Shown here one piece after another: positions 47,418 through 56,911 of a stretch of 64,000 nucleotides of DNA. Both the position numbers and the translations under genes were made by a program. The notes under the pieces are model-generated. The model searched no databases, was not told where the DNA came from, and saw only the letters and a list, made by a program, of their open reading frames with translations. Every line of letters starts with the position of its first letter. Within the stretch, counting starts at the first letter, position 1. The DNA is from Nostoc sp. DedSLP01. GTDB taxonomy: Bacteria; Cyanobacteriota; Cyanobacteriia; Cyanobacteriales; Nostocaceae. The stretch is taken from assembly GCA_034530875.2 (NCBI GenBank), contig JAVRCJ020000002.1, positions 192,001 to 256,000 of the forward strand, given 5' to 3'.

Positions 47418-47570
47418 GTTTGGGGAGTGGGGAGTAGGGGAAAATGAGGGAGTGTGGGGAGATTATAAAAAACTTCCTACCCCTCCCTACTCCCCATTCC
47501 CCATTCCCTTTTAAGGTGATACAATTAGAGATTGTGAGTTTTTATAAAAATCACCTAACAGGAGAGTAGT

Positions 47571-47705
47571 ATGCAAAGAACGCTAGGCGGCACTTGCCGT
47601 AAGAGAAAAAGAACCTCTGGTTTTCGCGCTCGGATGCGGACGCCAGATGGCAGAAATGTAATTAGTGCTAGAAGAAGAAAAGGGCGTCATCGGTTGAGCG
47701 TTTAG
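47571..47705 (+). CDS. rpmH: 50S ribosomal protein L34
   Basis: Translated by hand: [44 protein letters not shown]. Confidence 0.97.
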   Translation: MQRTLGGTCRKRKRTSGFRARMRTPDGRNVISARRRKGRHRLSV

Positions 47706-47731
47706 GGTATATCAGGTCAAAAGAGTATTTT

Positions 47732-48154
47732 GTGGCTTTGCCCAAACCAAATCGGCTAAAATCCCGAAAAGATTTTCAGGCAGTTTTCCGGGACGGAATT
47801 CGGCGTCATGGCTCTTATTTAACATTGAGAGCCTTAAAGCCTTTGTCTTCAATAAATCCTTCTTCGGAAACCGCCACTGAAACGACACAAGCAACTGATT
47901 CAAGACATCTTGCCAGCACCCAATTTGGCATTTCGATTAGCACCAAAGTCAGCAAAAGAGCAGTAGTTCGTAACCGTATCAAACGGCAGATTACTGCTGC
48001 TTTGTACAATTTGCTGCCCAAATTATCACCAGGATGGCGGCTAGTGGTAGTTGTTAAACCTACAGCAGCAGAATCTAAGTGCGTAAGCCCACAATTTCTG
48101 CAAGAATTAGAGCAGTTGTTGGCACAAGCCGAGGTGTTCGATGGGCATTCGTGA
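47732..48154 (+). CDS. rnpA: RNase P protein component
   Basis: NRLKSRKDF, GISISTKVSKRAVVRNRIKR. Confidence 0.96.
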   Translation: MALPKPNRLKSRKDFQAVFRDGIRRHGSYLTLRALKPLSSINPSSETATETTQATDSRHLASTQFGISISTKVSKRAVVRNRIKRQITAALYNLLPKLSPGWRLVVVVKPTAAESKCVSPQFLQELEQLLAQAEVFDGHS

Positions 48155-48533
48155 AGAAGTTTATTATGAAGGTGGCCCCCATATTGGGGATCTAATTATA
48201 AATCTGCTAATTGGGCTAACCGTTGTTGGTATACCCTTGACAGTCGGGGCAATTGTCAGAGCATTATGGCTGCGCTTCCGCATCACCGATCGCCGAGTTA
48301 CTGTAACAGGAGGTTGGCAAGGACGCGATCGCACTGACGTAATTTACTCAGAAATTGTAAAAGTTGTCAAAGTCCCCCGTGGCATAGGTCTTTGGGGAGA
48401 TATGGTGCTAACCCTGAAAAACGGCAGTCGCCTCGAATTGCGTGCGATTCCCAATTTCCGGGAAGTTTATGACTACATTAATGAAAAAATTGCTGCCAAA
48501 AATCCCCAATATACCCCTGCTGCTAACAAGTGA
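48141..48533 (+). CDS. Bacterial PH domain membrane protein
   Basis: YEGGPHIGDL, RFRITDRRV, WGDMV; lies between rnpA and yidC. Confidence 0.85.
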   Translation: MGIREEVYYEGGPHIGDLIINLLIGLTVVGIPLTVGAIVRALWLRFRITDRRVTVTGGWQGRDRTDVIYSEIVKVVKVPRGIGLWGDMVLTLKNGSRLELRAIPNFREVYDYINEKIAAKNPQYTPAANK

Positions 48534-48734
48534 TGGAGAGATGGGCAGCAGAGGCGCAGAGGAGATAGGGGAGATTAGAAAAAAGCTTCCCACACCTCCC
48601 ACACCTCCCACACTCTCTGCTTACCCCATGCCCAAAAAAATTGTGCGGCTATCCGTAGCAAAGACAGTCGCACATCCGCCACGATTTAGATAAATTAGAT
48701 TCAGTTTACAGTACCTCAGGTTAAATTCAGAATA

Positions 48735-49979
48735 ATGGATTTTGGTATCGGCTTTCTCTCGAACAACGTGATGCTGCCAATCATAGATTTTTTCTATGGT
48801 ATTTTTCCAAGCTATGGATTGGCGATCGTTGCTTTGACACTGATAGTCCGCTTTGCGCTCTATCCCCTGAGTGCTGGCTCAATTCGCAATATGCGGAAAA
48901 TGCGAATTGTACAACCTCTGATGCAAAAGCGGATGGCAGAAATTAAAGAGCGCTTTAAAGACGATCCGCAAAAGCAGCAAGAAGAAATGGTCAATGTCCA
49001 AAAAGAATTTGGCAACCCTTTGGCTGGCTGTTTTCCATTGCTGATTCAAATGCCGGTTTTATTAGCGCTGTTCGCCACTTTGCGGGGTTCGCCTTTTGCA
49101 GGTGTCAACTATAGCGTTAACTTGCAAGTCTTTCCCACAGAACAAATCGAACAAATTCAACCGCAAGCCTTTGCCACTCCCCCTCAAAATATCTACATTG
49201 CTGATGGCGAACACGTTAAGGTCACTGCAATTCTTCCCAGCGGTAACAAACTAGCTGTAGGCGAACACACAAAAATACAATATCAGACCGTTGAAGGCAA
49301 ACCATTTCAGGTACTTTTAGCAGAACACCCAGACACCAAGCTGATCCCCGAATGGAAAGTTACCAAAGGCGAAGATAGGGTAAAAATTGATGCCGAAGGT
49401 AATTTGTCAGCCTTGCAGCCTGGAGAAGTGACGATTCAAGGAACAATTCCGGGATTAGCAGCTGATAAAGGCTTCTTATTTATTGATGCCTTAGGCAGAG
49501 TTGGGGCAACCGATCCCGATGGCACAATCCACTGGGATATCGTCGCCATGATTATTTTCTTTGGAATCAGCCTTTATGTTAGCCAAATGCTTTCTGGGCA
49601 AAATTCCACTGGTGGTAATCCCCAGCAAGATACAGTTAACAAAATCACCCCGGTGATCTTTTCTGGGATGTTTTTATTCTTCCCCCTACCAGCTGGGGTA
49701 CTGATGTATATGGTGATTGGTAATATTTTCCAAACACTGCAAACCTACATTCTCTCCCGCGAACCATTACCAGAAGACCTGCAAAAAATCGTAGACGCTC
49801 AAGAAAAAGAAGCAGCCAAAGAACAAAAAGTATTACCGTTTGAGCCGACAAGTTCCAAGAAAACTGAGCCAGCAACTTCCAAAAAAACTGAGCCGACAAG
49901 TCCTAAGAAAACCGAGCCGGCAAGTCCCAAGAAAACTGAGCCGAAAACTTCTAAGAAAAAGGCTACAGGGGGTTCATGA
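48735..49979 (+). CDS. yidC: Membrane protein insertase
   Basis: [34 protein letters not shown]. Confidence 0.97.
   Translation: MDFGIGFLSNNVMLPIIDFFYGIFPSYGLAIVALTLIVRFALYPLSAGSIRNMRKMRIVQPLMQKRMAEIKERFKDDPQKQQEEMVNVQKEFGNPLAGCFPLLIQMPVLLALFATLRGSPFAGVNYSVNLQVFPTEQIEQIQPQAFATPPQNIYIADGEHVKVTAILPSGNKLAVGEHTKIQYQTVEGKPFQVLLAEHPDTKLIPEWKVTKGEDRVKIDAEGNLSALQPGEVTIQGTIPGLAADKGFLFIDALGRVGATDPDGTIHWDIVAMIIFFGISLYVSQMLSGQNSTGGNPQQDTVNKITPVIFSGMFLFFPLPAGVLMYMVIGNIFQTLQTYILSREPLPEDLQKIVDAQEKEAAKEQKVLPFEPTSSKKTEPATSKKTEPTSPKKTEPASPKKTEPKTSKKKATGGS
49841..49960 (+). repeat. Five 24-bp coding tandem repeats in the yidC tail
   Basis: TGAGCCGACAAGTTCCAAGAAAAC-like units encoding EPx(S/T)(S/P)KKT. Confidence 0.9.
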
Positions 49980-50491
49980 GCAACATTCCCATGCAGCGAG
50001 GTCAGCAGTGGTTAAAAACACTGCTGGAACTCAGTGGGATATCTACTGAGATTCACGGTAGTGTAGAAACAGCCCAACCTCAAGATGACGATTCTCTAGA
50101 ATCAGATAGCTACTGGTTGACAATTGATGAAACGAATTTGACGCCAGAACAAATTCAGGTATTAATTGGTGCCGATGGTTCTGCTCTAGACGCAATTCAG
50201 TATCTAGCAAATTCGGTTCTCAACTTGAGTCAATCTCACGAAGGACAAGCTTCTTACACTATTGAGTTGAATGGCTACCGTGTCAAAAGACAAGCCGAAA
50301 TTCGTGCATTAGCAGAAGCAGCAGCCGATGAAGTGCGCTTTTCTGGTAGAGAAGTGGAAATTAAATCCCTAAGTTCTGCCGAACGGCGTCAAGTCCATAC
50401 TTTCTTGAAAGACTTTGGAGATTTGGAAACCTTCAGTCGTGGCAAAGAACCACATCGTCATCTGGTTGTGCGTCCGGCTTCGTTAGAATAA
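49976..50491 (+). CDS. jag: Jag/KhpB KH-R3H RNA-binding protein
   Basis: [27 protein letters not shown]. Confidence 0.92.
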   Translation: MSNIPMQRGQQWLKTLLELSGISTEIHGSVETAQPQDDDSLESDSYWLTIDETNLTPEQIQVLIGADGSALDAIQYLANSVLNLSQSHEGQASYTIELNGYRVKRQAEIRALAEAAADEVRFSGREVEIKSLSSAERRQVHTFLKDFGDLETFSRGKEPHRHLVVRPASLE

Positions 50492-50715
50492 GTTAGAAAT
50501 TAGGAGTCATTCAATTTTGGATTTGAAATTTTAGATTTTTCCTTCAATCCAAAATTGAAAATCTAAAATTGGCAAAGTTAGGAGTTAGTTGAAAGCTCAT
50601 AACTATAAATGATTTCAAAATTTCTATTATCGCTAAGAGATAAAATAAAAATGTGCGCTCGGCGATCGCGCTGATAATCAAGATAAATTTTTAGTGAGGA
50701 TGTCTCACAAATCCT

Positions 50716-51237
50716 ATGGACGCAATTTATATTCCGCAGCTAACTAGAGCATCGGAGCGGACAGAGGAAGTCCAAGTTAAGGAATTTCTGCCTGGTCTGG
50801 AAACGTTGACGCCAGTTCGCGGCCGCGTGCGCGTGCAGCATCATGGCAATTACTTGGAAGTGTCTGGTCAAGCAGAAACGATTATTACTTGTACCTGCAA
50901 CCGCTGCTTGCAGCAATACAATCAACGTTTAGGGATTGATACTAAAGAAATCATCTGGTTAGACGAAAGCGCAAATCAGCTAGAAGACTTACCTCTAGAA
51001 AGGGAAGTGACTATGGAAGATTTGGTGGAAACTCTACCACCCGATGGTTATTTTTATCCCAGTGAATGGCTGTACGAGCAGATGTGCTTAGCAATACCTC
51101 AACGTCAGTTGTGCGATCGCAATTGCCCCGGTATTCCACCAATTAATGCTGATACTTCAGAAGAGTCAGTTGACAAGCGAGTTGACAACCGCTGGGCTGG
51201 TTTAGAAGCATTGAAAAAGCAACTTCCAGGACAGTAA
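50716..51237 (+). CDS. YceD/DUF177 metal-binding protein
   Basis: CNRCL, LCDRNCPG, DNRWAGL. Confidence 0.92.
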   Translation: MDAIYIPQLTRASERTEEVQVKEFLPGLETLTPVRGRVRVQHHGNYLEVSGQAETIITCTCNRCLQQYNQRLGIDTKEIIWLDESANQLEDLPLEREVTMEDLVETLPPDGYFYPSEWLYEQMCLAIPQRQLCDRNCPGIPPINADTSEESVDKRVDNRWAGLEALKKQLPGQ

Positions 51238-51414
51238 TTTGATAATTCCGTCAGACTGAAGTCTGCGGCTAAACGAACTAAGCCTGTCCCTACAGGCTTA
51301 TTGTTTTATATTTTATTAAATACTTCGTTTAAATTCAAAATTTATCAGTTCATACTATTAAAACTTGTTTTGTTCAACTACTGATTAATTAACTTCCAAT
51401 ACAAAGATCCTATA

Positions 51415-52002
51415 ATGAAGACTTTTGACTGGGAAAGTCGTATTAGAGAATGGAGCCGTCAGCGAATAGAAGCACTTGAAGAGTATGAGCAGGAAGAGTT
51501 AGCTCCAGAAGTTATTGAATCTGGATATCTAGGCTATACAGGTGCAAATGAAGAAGAAATTTCTGCTACCGAAGCTAGATTAGGTGTAACCTTGCCGCCT
51601 TCTTACAGACATTTTCTCAAAGTTTCTAATGGGTTGCATTCTACTTCAAAGTATGGCATCAGATTTTATTCAATTGAAGAAGTTGAGTGGTATATTATAG
51701 GCAAAGAAATCTCTATAGATAATTTGATAGAACTGCACCAGGATTTGGAACCAGTACCAGATGAAGAATACTTTATTTACGGTGATGAGCAATCTTATAG
51801 TCGTGTAGAACATCTACAAACGTGTCTAGAAATTAGTACTGAAGACTATCCGATGATTTTTTTACTTAATCCTCAAGTTATTACAAGCGATGGTGAGTGG
51901 GAAGCTTGGTACTTTGATTCTAAATATGGAGACGCAACAAGATATCCATCTTTTGGTCAAATGATGGAGGAAATATTAAACGATCCAGAATTTCTACCAT
52001 AA
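51415..52002 (+). CDS. SMI1/KNR4 (SUKH) family immunity-like protein
   Basis: GANEEEI..EARLGVTLPPSYRHFLKVSNG, GEWEAW, RYPSF. Confidence 0.9.
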   Translation: MKTFDWESRIREWSRQRIEALEEYEQEELAPEVIESGYLGYTGANEEEISATEARLGVTLPPSYRHFLKVSNGLHSTSKYGIRFYSIEEVEWYIIGKEISIDNLIELHQDLEPVPDEEYFIYGDEQSYSRVEHLQTCLEISTEDYPMIFLLNPQVITSDGEWEAWYFDSKYGDATRYPSFGQMMEEILNDPEFLP

Positions 52003-52072
52003 ACTACACGAAACCCAACCCCCCAAACCACAATAAAAGAGGTTTTCCAGATATGGTGAAAAGTCAGACCTA

Positions 52073-52771
52073 TTATTCAGGTTGGTTAATTTCTTCTTTC
52101 ATTTGTTCTAACAATGGACGAAATGAAGAATACGAAGTATAGCCATTTATATTTATTCCTCTTACTTCTAACGTCCGCAATAGTTTAAAACGAGTGTTAA
52201 ATTCTGCTGTTTTGTCTATATGAATTAAAGCGTCAATTATCTCTTTATTCCACTTACTAAGATTTGTAAAATAATCAACGCATAAGTTGTGAATATATTC
52301 ATCTGAACTTTTATATATTAAATCAATTAGAGCATTAATAGCCTCTCTATTACCTTTTCCAATAAGTCTTAAAGTATAAGCAACATACTGGTGAGTATGT
52401 TCTTCTTCTGTTATTTTTGCCAAACTTATTAGACTAGTAATTGCATATTGATTCCCAACAGCAATTTTTGCCAAGTTCTGAGCTGCTATCCTGCGGGTAG
52501 GTATACGAGCAGTGTTGAGTTGCTCAATCAGAATTTGGATAACATCATTATTATCAGTACCAATTTCGCCCAAACTTTGAATTACTGCCCAGCGTGTTGG
52601 TTCATCAGTTGTGGTACGTACTATATTAATCAGAGCAGCTATTACATCCGGGTTATTAGCACCAAGAAACCCCAAATGTTTAGCAGTCTGTTTGAGAACA
52701 GCATTATCTTGACTTGTGCGTAGTTGCTGAACGAGAAAATCTATATTGTATTGTTCTTGCTGGTTACTCAT
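52073..52771 (-). CDS. HEAT-repeat protein
   Basis: Repeated SLGEIGTDN.DVI..LI-type helical units. Confidence 0.8.
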   Translation of the reverse strand: MSNQQEQYNIDFLVQQLRTSQDNAVLKQTAKHLGFLGANNPDVIAALINIVRTTTDEPTRWAVIQSLGEIGTDNNDVIQILIEQLNTARIPTRRIAAQNLAKIAVGNQYAITSLISLAKITEEEHTHQYVAYTLRLIGKGNREAINALIDLIYKSSDEYIHNLCVDYFTNLSKWNKEIIDALIHIDKTAEFNTRFKLLRTLEVRGININGYTSYSSFRPLLEQMKEEINQPE

Positions 52772-52835
52772 TGGCTTTCTGAACCAAGAAAGTTGTACAT
52801 TGCGTTCAAGATAAACTAACCAATAACAGCTATAT

Positions 52836-54347
52836 ATGAACTTTCGTGATGAGTTTAAACTACTGCTACGCGCCCGCTACCCGTTGATTTATATTCCTAC
52901 ATACGAAGAGGAACGGGTAGAAGCATCTATCCGAGAAGAAGCAGCAAATCAAGGCAATCGCCCTGTGTATACTTGGGATTTTGTCGATGGTTACCAAGGA
53001 AATCCTAATGATGCGGGATTTGGGCGGCGTAACCCGCTGCAAGCTTTGGAATTCGTGGAAAAATTACCAGCCTCCGCGCCAGCGGTATTGATTTTACGAG
53101 ATTATCATCGCTTTTTAGAAGATGTGGCGATCGCCCGCAAACTCCGCAACCTCGCCCGACTCCTCAAGTCGCAACCAAAAAATATTGTACTGCTGTCGCC
53201 ACGCATCGCCATTCCTGATGATTTAACCGAAGTGCTGACAGTCGTCGAGTTTCCTTTACCCAGCGCCCCAGAAATTAAAACTGAGGTAGAACGCTTACTG
53301 CAAGCTACTGGTAACTCGCTGTCTGGGAAAGTTTTAGATGACTTGGTGCGCTCTTGTCAAGGACTTTCGATGGAACGGATTCGGCGGGTTTTGGCAAGAG
53401 CGATCGCTAGCCACGGTGAATTGCAGCCAGAAGACGTGGATCTCGTTTTGGAAGAAAAACGCCAAACTATCCGCCAAACCCAAATCCTGGACTTCTACCC
53501 CGCCACAGAGCAAATTTCCGATATCGGCGGACTCGATAACTTGAAAGACTGGCTGATTCGTCGGGGAGGCTCATTTAGCGAACGAGCAAGGCAGTACGGA
53601 TTACCGCACCCCCGTGGTTTAATGTTGGTGGGTATTCAGGGGACTGGTAAATCGTTAACGGCAAAAGCGATCGCTCATCACTGGCATTTACCCCTGCTAC
53701 GTTTGGATGTCGGGCGGTTATTTGGTGGTTTAGTGGGCGAATCAGAATCTCGCACCCGCCAAATGATTCAAGTAGCTGAAGCCCTCGCCCCCTGTATTTT
53801 GTGGATTGATGAAATAGATAAAGCCTTTTCCGGGCTTGGTAGCAAAGGAGATGCCGGCACCACTAGCCGCGTATTTGGTACATTTATTAACTGGCTAGCC
53901 GAAAAAACCTCACCCGTCTTTGTCGTCGCCACCGCCAACGATATCCAAGCCCTACCGCCAGAAATGCTGCGTAAAGGGCGATTTGATGAAATTTTCTTTG
54001 TCGGTTTGCCCACCCAAGAAGAGAGAAAAGCAATTTTTAACGTTCATTTATCCCGGCTGCGCCCCCATAACTTAAAAAGTTATGACATCGACAGGTTAGC
54101 TTATGAGACACCTGATTTTTCTGGGGCAGAAATTGAGCAAACTTTAATTGAAGCCATGCACATTGGATTTAGCCAAAACCGCGATTTTACTAAAGACGAT
54201 ATTTTAGAAGCTGCTAGTCAAATCATCCCCTTAGCACGAACCGCCGTAGAACAAATTCAACAACTTCAAGAATGGGCTGCTGCTGGAAGAGCGCGTTTAG
54301 CCTCGAAACACAGCCCTTTGAGCGATACTTTCGGTAAGCTACGCTAA
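52836..54347 (+). CDS. ycf46: Ycf46-like AAA+ ATPase
   Basis: [47 protein letters not shown]. Confidence 0.92.
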   Translation: MNFRDEFKLLLRARYPLIYIPTYEEERVEASIREEAANQGNRPVYTWDFVDGYQGNPNDAGFGRRNPLQALEFVEKLPASAPAVLILRDYHRFLEDVAIARKLRNLARLLKSQPKNIVLLSPRIAIPDDLTEVLTVVEFPLPSAPEIKTEVERLLQATGNSLSGKVLDDLVRSCQGLSMERIRRVLARAIASHGELQPEDVDLVLEEKRQTIRQTQILDFYPATEQISDIGGLDNLKDWLIRRGGSFSERARQYGLPHPRGLMLVGIQGTGKSLTAKAIAHHWHLPLLRLDVGRLFGGLVGESESRTRQMIQVAEALAPCILWIDEIDKAFSGLGSKGDAGTTSRVFGTFINWLAEKTSPVFVVATANDIQALPPEMLRKGRFDEIFFVGLPTQEERKAIFNVHLSRLRPHNLKSYDIDRLAYETPDFSGAEIEQTLIEAMHIGFSQNRDFTKDDILEAASQIIPLARTAVEQIQQLQEWAAAGRARLASKHSPLSDTFGKLR

Positions 54348-54387
54348 CGCATTCAGTGGCGGCTAGAATAATCAGTTGTCAAAAACA

Positions 54388-54521
54388 GGCAGAGGGGCAG
54401 GGGAGGCAGAGGGAGCAGGGGGAGCAGGGGGAGATGGGGAAGTGTGGGAAGTGCGGGGGAAAGAGAATTGATGCTTCCCCATCCTCCCACACCTCCCACA
54501 CCCCCTGCTTGCCCCATACCC
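54388..54521. repeat. Left copy of a roughly 120-130 bp inverted repeat pair flanking the SH3 gene
   Basis: Reverse complement of 55212..55332, including the unique core GAAAGAGAATTGATGCTTCCCCATCC. Confidence 0.88.
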
Positions 54522-54681
54522 TGCCTGTTTCAACAGATAAACACGTGTTTCTGTGCTTTTTTGCAAATAGCCGGCAGTCTATAGCCAAAACATAACGATC
54601 GATTATCATGAACTATTGATTCTTATACAAATGCCTTAAATTGCTTCTCTACTGGTAACCCTTGATAATCAGGTTTTAATT

Positions 54682-55206
54682 ATGTTGTCTGGCTTGTTAA
54701 AGTATGTACTGGGATTTTTCTTAGCGATCGCTGTATTAATCGGTAGCGGTGTTGCAGTTGCACTCTACTTCATGAATCGCACTGCCATACCCCCTGGCAA
54801 ACCCATTTATCCCAATGATAGCCCCTTGGTCAAAGCCCAAGCCCCAAAAAAACCAACCGAGGCTGGAGGTAAACCCACCGCTACACCTAAAACCTCAGCT
54901 GACCCTTCTCCAACCGCAACCTCTACTCCAACCTCCACTGAATCACCTCAGCCTACCCCATCCTCAACACCAAAACCATTACCACCGGGAGCTTACCGCG
55001 GGCGTGTTAGTTGGGCTGACGGCTTGAGTTTGCGTTCAGAACCAAATCAAGACGCTGAACGTATTGGTGGAGTTGGTTTTAATCAGAAAATTATTGTCTT
55101 GGAAGAAAGCCCAGATAAAGCTTGGCAAAAAATCCGTTTGGAAGATACCGAACAAGAAGGTTGGGTGAAATCAGGTAATACTGAAAAAGTTGATGAACAA
55201 CAATAG
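54682..55206 (+). CDS. Membrane-anchored SH3b domain protein
   Basis: N-terminal TM, Pro/Thr linker, GLSLRSEP..WQKI..EGWVK. Confidence 0.88.
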   Translation: MLSGLLKYVLGFFLAIAVLIGSGVAVALYFMNRTAIPPGKPIYPNDSPLVKAQAPKKPTEAGGKPTATPKTSADPSPTATSTPTSTESPQPTPSSTPKPLPPGAYRGRVSWADGLSLRSEPNQDAERIGGVGFNQKIIVLEESPDKAWQKIRLEDTEQEGWVKSGNTEKVDEQQ

Positions 55207-55211
55207 GTATT

Positions 55212-55332
55212 GGGCATGGGGCAAGCAGGGAGTGTGGGAGGTGTGGGAGGATGGGGAAGCATCAATTCTCTTTCCCCCCACACTTCCCACACTTCCCCAT
55301 CTTCCCCTGCTCCCTCTGCCCCTCTGCTCCCC
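55212..55332. repeat. Right copy of the inverted repeat pair
   Basis: Contains GGATGGGGAAGCATCAATTCTCTTTC. Confidence 0.88.
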
Positions 55333-55430
55333 ACTCCCCAATTCACTCAGTTGTAAAGAATCATACAAAAACAAATATTACACAGAGAAGCTGGTATAAT
55401 CGTGCATGGTCATAACCTGAAAAAAAACAA

Positions 55431-56855
55431 GTGAACACAGGGGAAAATAGCTCTTTAACAGAGCTAGCCTCAGTCTTTGAGGCATCTGGAAGTATCAAAG
55501 TTGTTCATCTCCCGCCGAATCTAAAATTTTTGCATTGGAAAAATTTATCTAGTAGTGCTGCGATGCGCCTTTTATCTGTGGCACTAACTATGGGATTTCT
55601 CAGTATTGCTGGGCAAGCTTTAGCACTTCAGAAAATTGGAAGTAATAGTTCTGAAGTCGCTAGTAGTCAAAGATGTTTAAAAAAGTTAGGCTACTTTAAA
55701 GGCCCGGTAACAGGGAAGTTTGCTGCATTGACTCAGAATGCTGTCATCAAATTTCAGCAAGCAAATAGATTACCTGCGGTTGGGTTTATCGGCCCTAGTA
55801 CTCAAAGAGCGTTGCAAAAAGCCTGTCAGAACAAAACATCTAAAAGCAATCTTAATCGAAATTCGCGCTCGACACTCGGTGGATATCCTACTCTTTCTCA
55901 AGGCAGTAGTGGTGCAGCCGTAACTAAGTTGCAACAGCGTCTCAAGCAACGCGGTTACTTTAATGCTAATCCTACAGGAAAGTTTGGGTTAATTACTAAA
56001 GATGCTGTAATTGCATTTCAGAGAAATTACGGTATATCTCCTACTGGAGTTGTCGGTCGGCAAACTTGGAACGCACTAGTAAGTTCTTCTAAGGCTCCAA
56101 CTAGATCGAGTAAGCCTCCAGCTAGATCGAGTTTTTCCACTCAACAAATCAGAGAACTACAAGAGCATTTACGAAAACTAGGCTACTTTCAAGCTAATCC
56201 CACTGGCAATACTGGCCCGCTTACTAGACAAGCGATCGCCAAATTCCAAAAAGATTATAGATTACCGATTAATGGTGTAGCTAACGCCCAAGTTTTGGCA
56301 GCAGTACGTAGAGCCTCAGCTGGTGGATATAGTACTCAACAACCAAGTAAAAATTATCTCACAGTTGGCGATCGCTCGGATAGCGTGAAATTAGTTCAAG
56401 ACCGTTTGTTCCAATTGGGCTTTTTTAATGCCACTTCTGATGGTTATTTCAGCGATTACACCAAAGAATCTGTACTTGCATTCCAGCAATCTTCTCGACT
56501 CAATCCGACTGGAAATGTAGATTGGCAAACTTGGGAAGCATTAGGATTAAATAACTCAAATAGCAGTAATTATACTGAAGCCAGTCGTTCTGTAGTTCCT
56601 GCAACCAATGACTATTTATTACCTGAAACTAACGGTAATGTTTTAGCTGGTAACACTCGCTATACAGTTATTGTGCCTATTTTCAGTCATGATACCCTCA
56701 CTAAAGTGCAACAGTATATACCTAATGCTGTGGCAGAGCAATCTAGTTTAGGTGATTATGTGAATGCTGGAGCATTTAGCGATCGCACACAAGCAGAAAC
56801 GCTAACGAAAATGCTCCGTTCCTACGGTATAGATGCACGGGTTAGATACAATTGA
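55431..56855 (+). CDS. Protein with four peptidoglycan-binding (PG_binding_1) domains
   Basis: Repeated LQ..L...GYF....TG.FG..T..AV..FQ units. Confidence 0.9.
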   Translation: MNTGENSSLTELASVFEASGSIKVVHLPPNLKFLHWKNLSSSAAMRLLSVALTMGFLSIAGQALALQKIGSNSSEVASSQRCLKKLGYFKGPVTGKFAALTQNAVIKFQQANRLPAVGFIGPSTQRALQKACQNKTSKSNLNRNSRSTLGGYPTLSQGSSGAAVTKLQQRLKQRGYFNANPTGKFGLITKDAVIAFQRNYGISPTGVVGRQTWNALVSSSKAPTRSSKPPARSSFSTQQIRELQEHLRKLGYFQANPTGNTGPLTRQAIAKFQKDYRLPINGVANAQVLAAVRRASAGGYSTQQPSKNYLTVGDRSDSVKLVQDRLFQLGFFNATSDGYFSDYTKESVLAFQQSSRLNPTGNVDWQTWEALGLNNSNSSNYTEASRSVVPATNDYLLPETNGNVLAGNTRYTVIVPIFSHDTLTKVQQYIPNAVAEQSSLGDYVNAGAFSDRTQAETLTKMLRSYGIDARVRYN

Positions 56856-56911
56856 AGAATTCTGTTAGCGCAGCGGGGCGTAGCCCATTCTGACTCCTGA
56901 ATTCTTACCAA

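Noticed and set aside
54356..55399. Small ORFs 54356..54609 and 55083..55399 on both strands
   Set aside because: Translations of the nonamer-rich inverted repeat elements.
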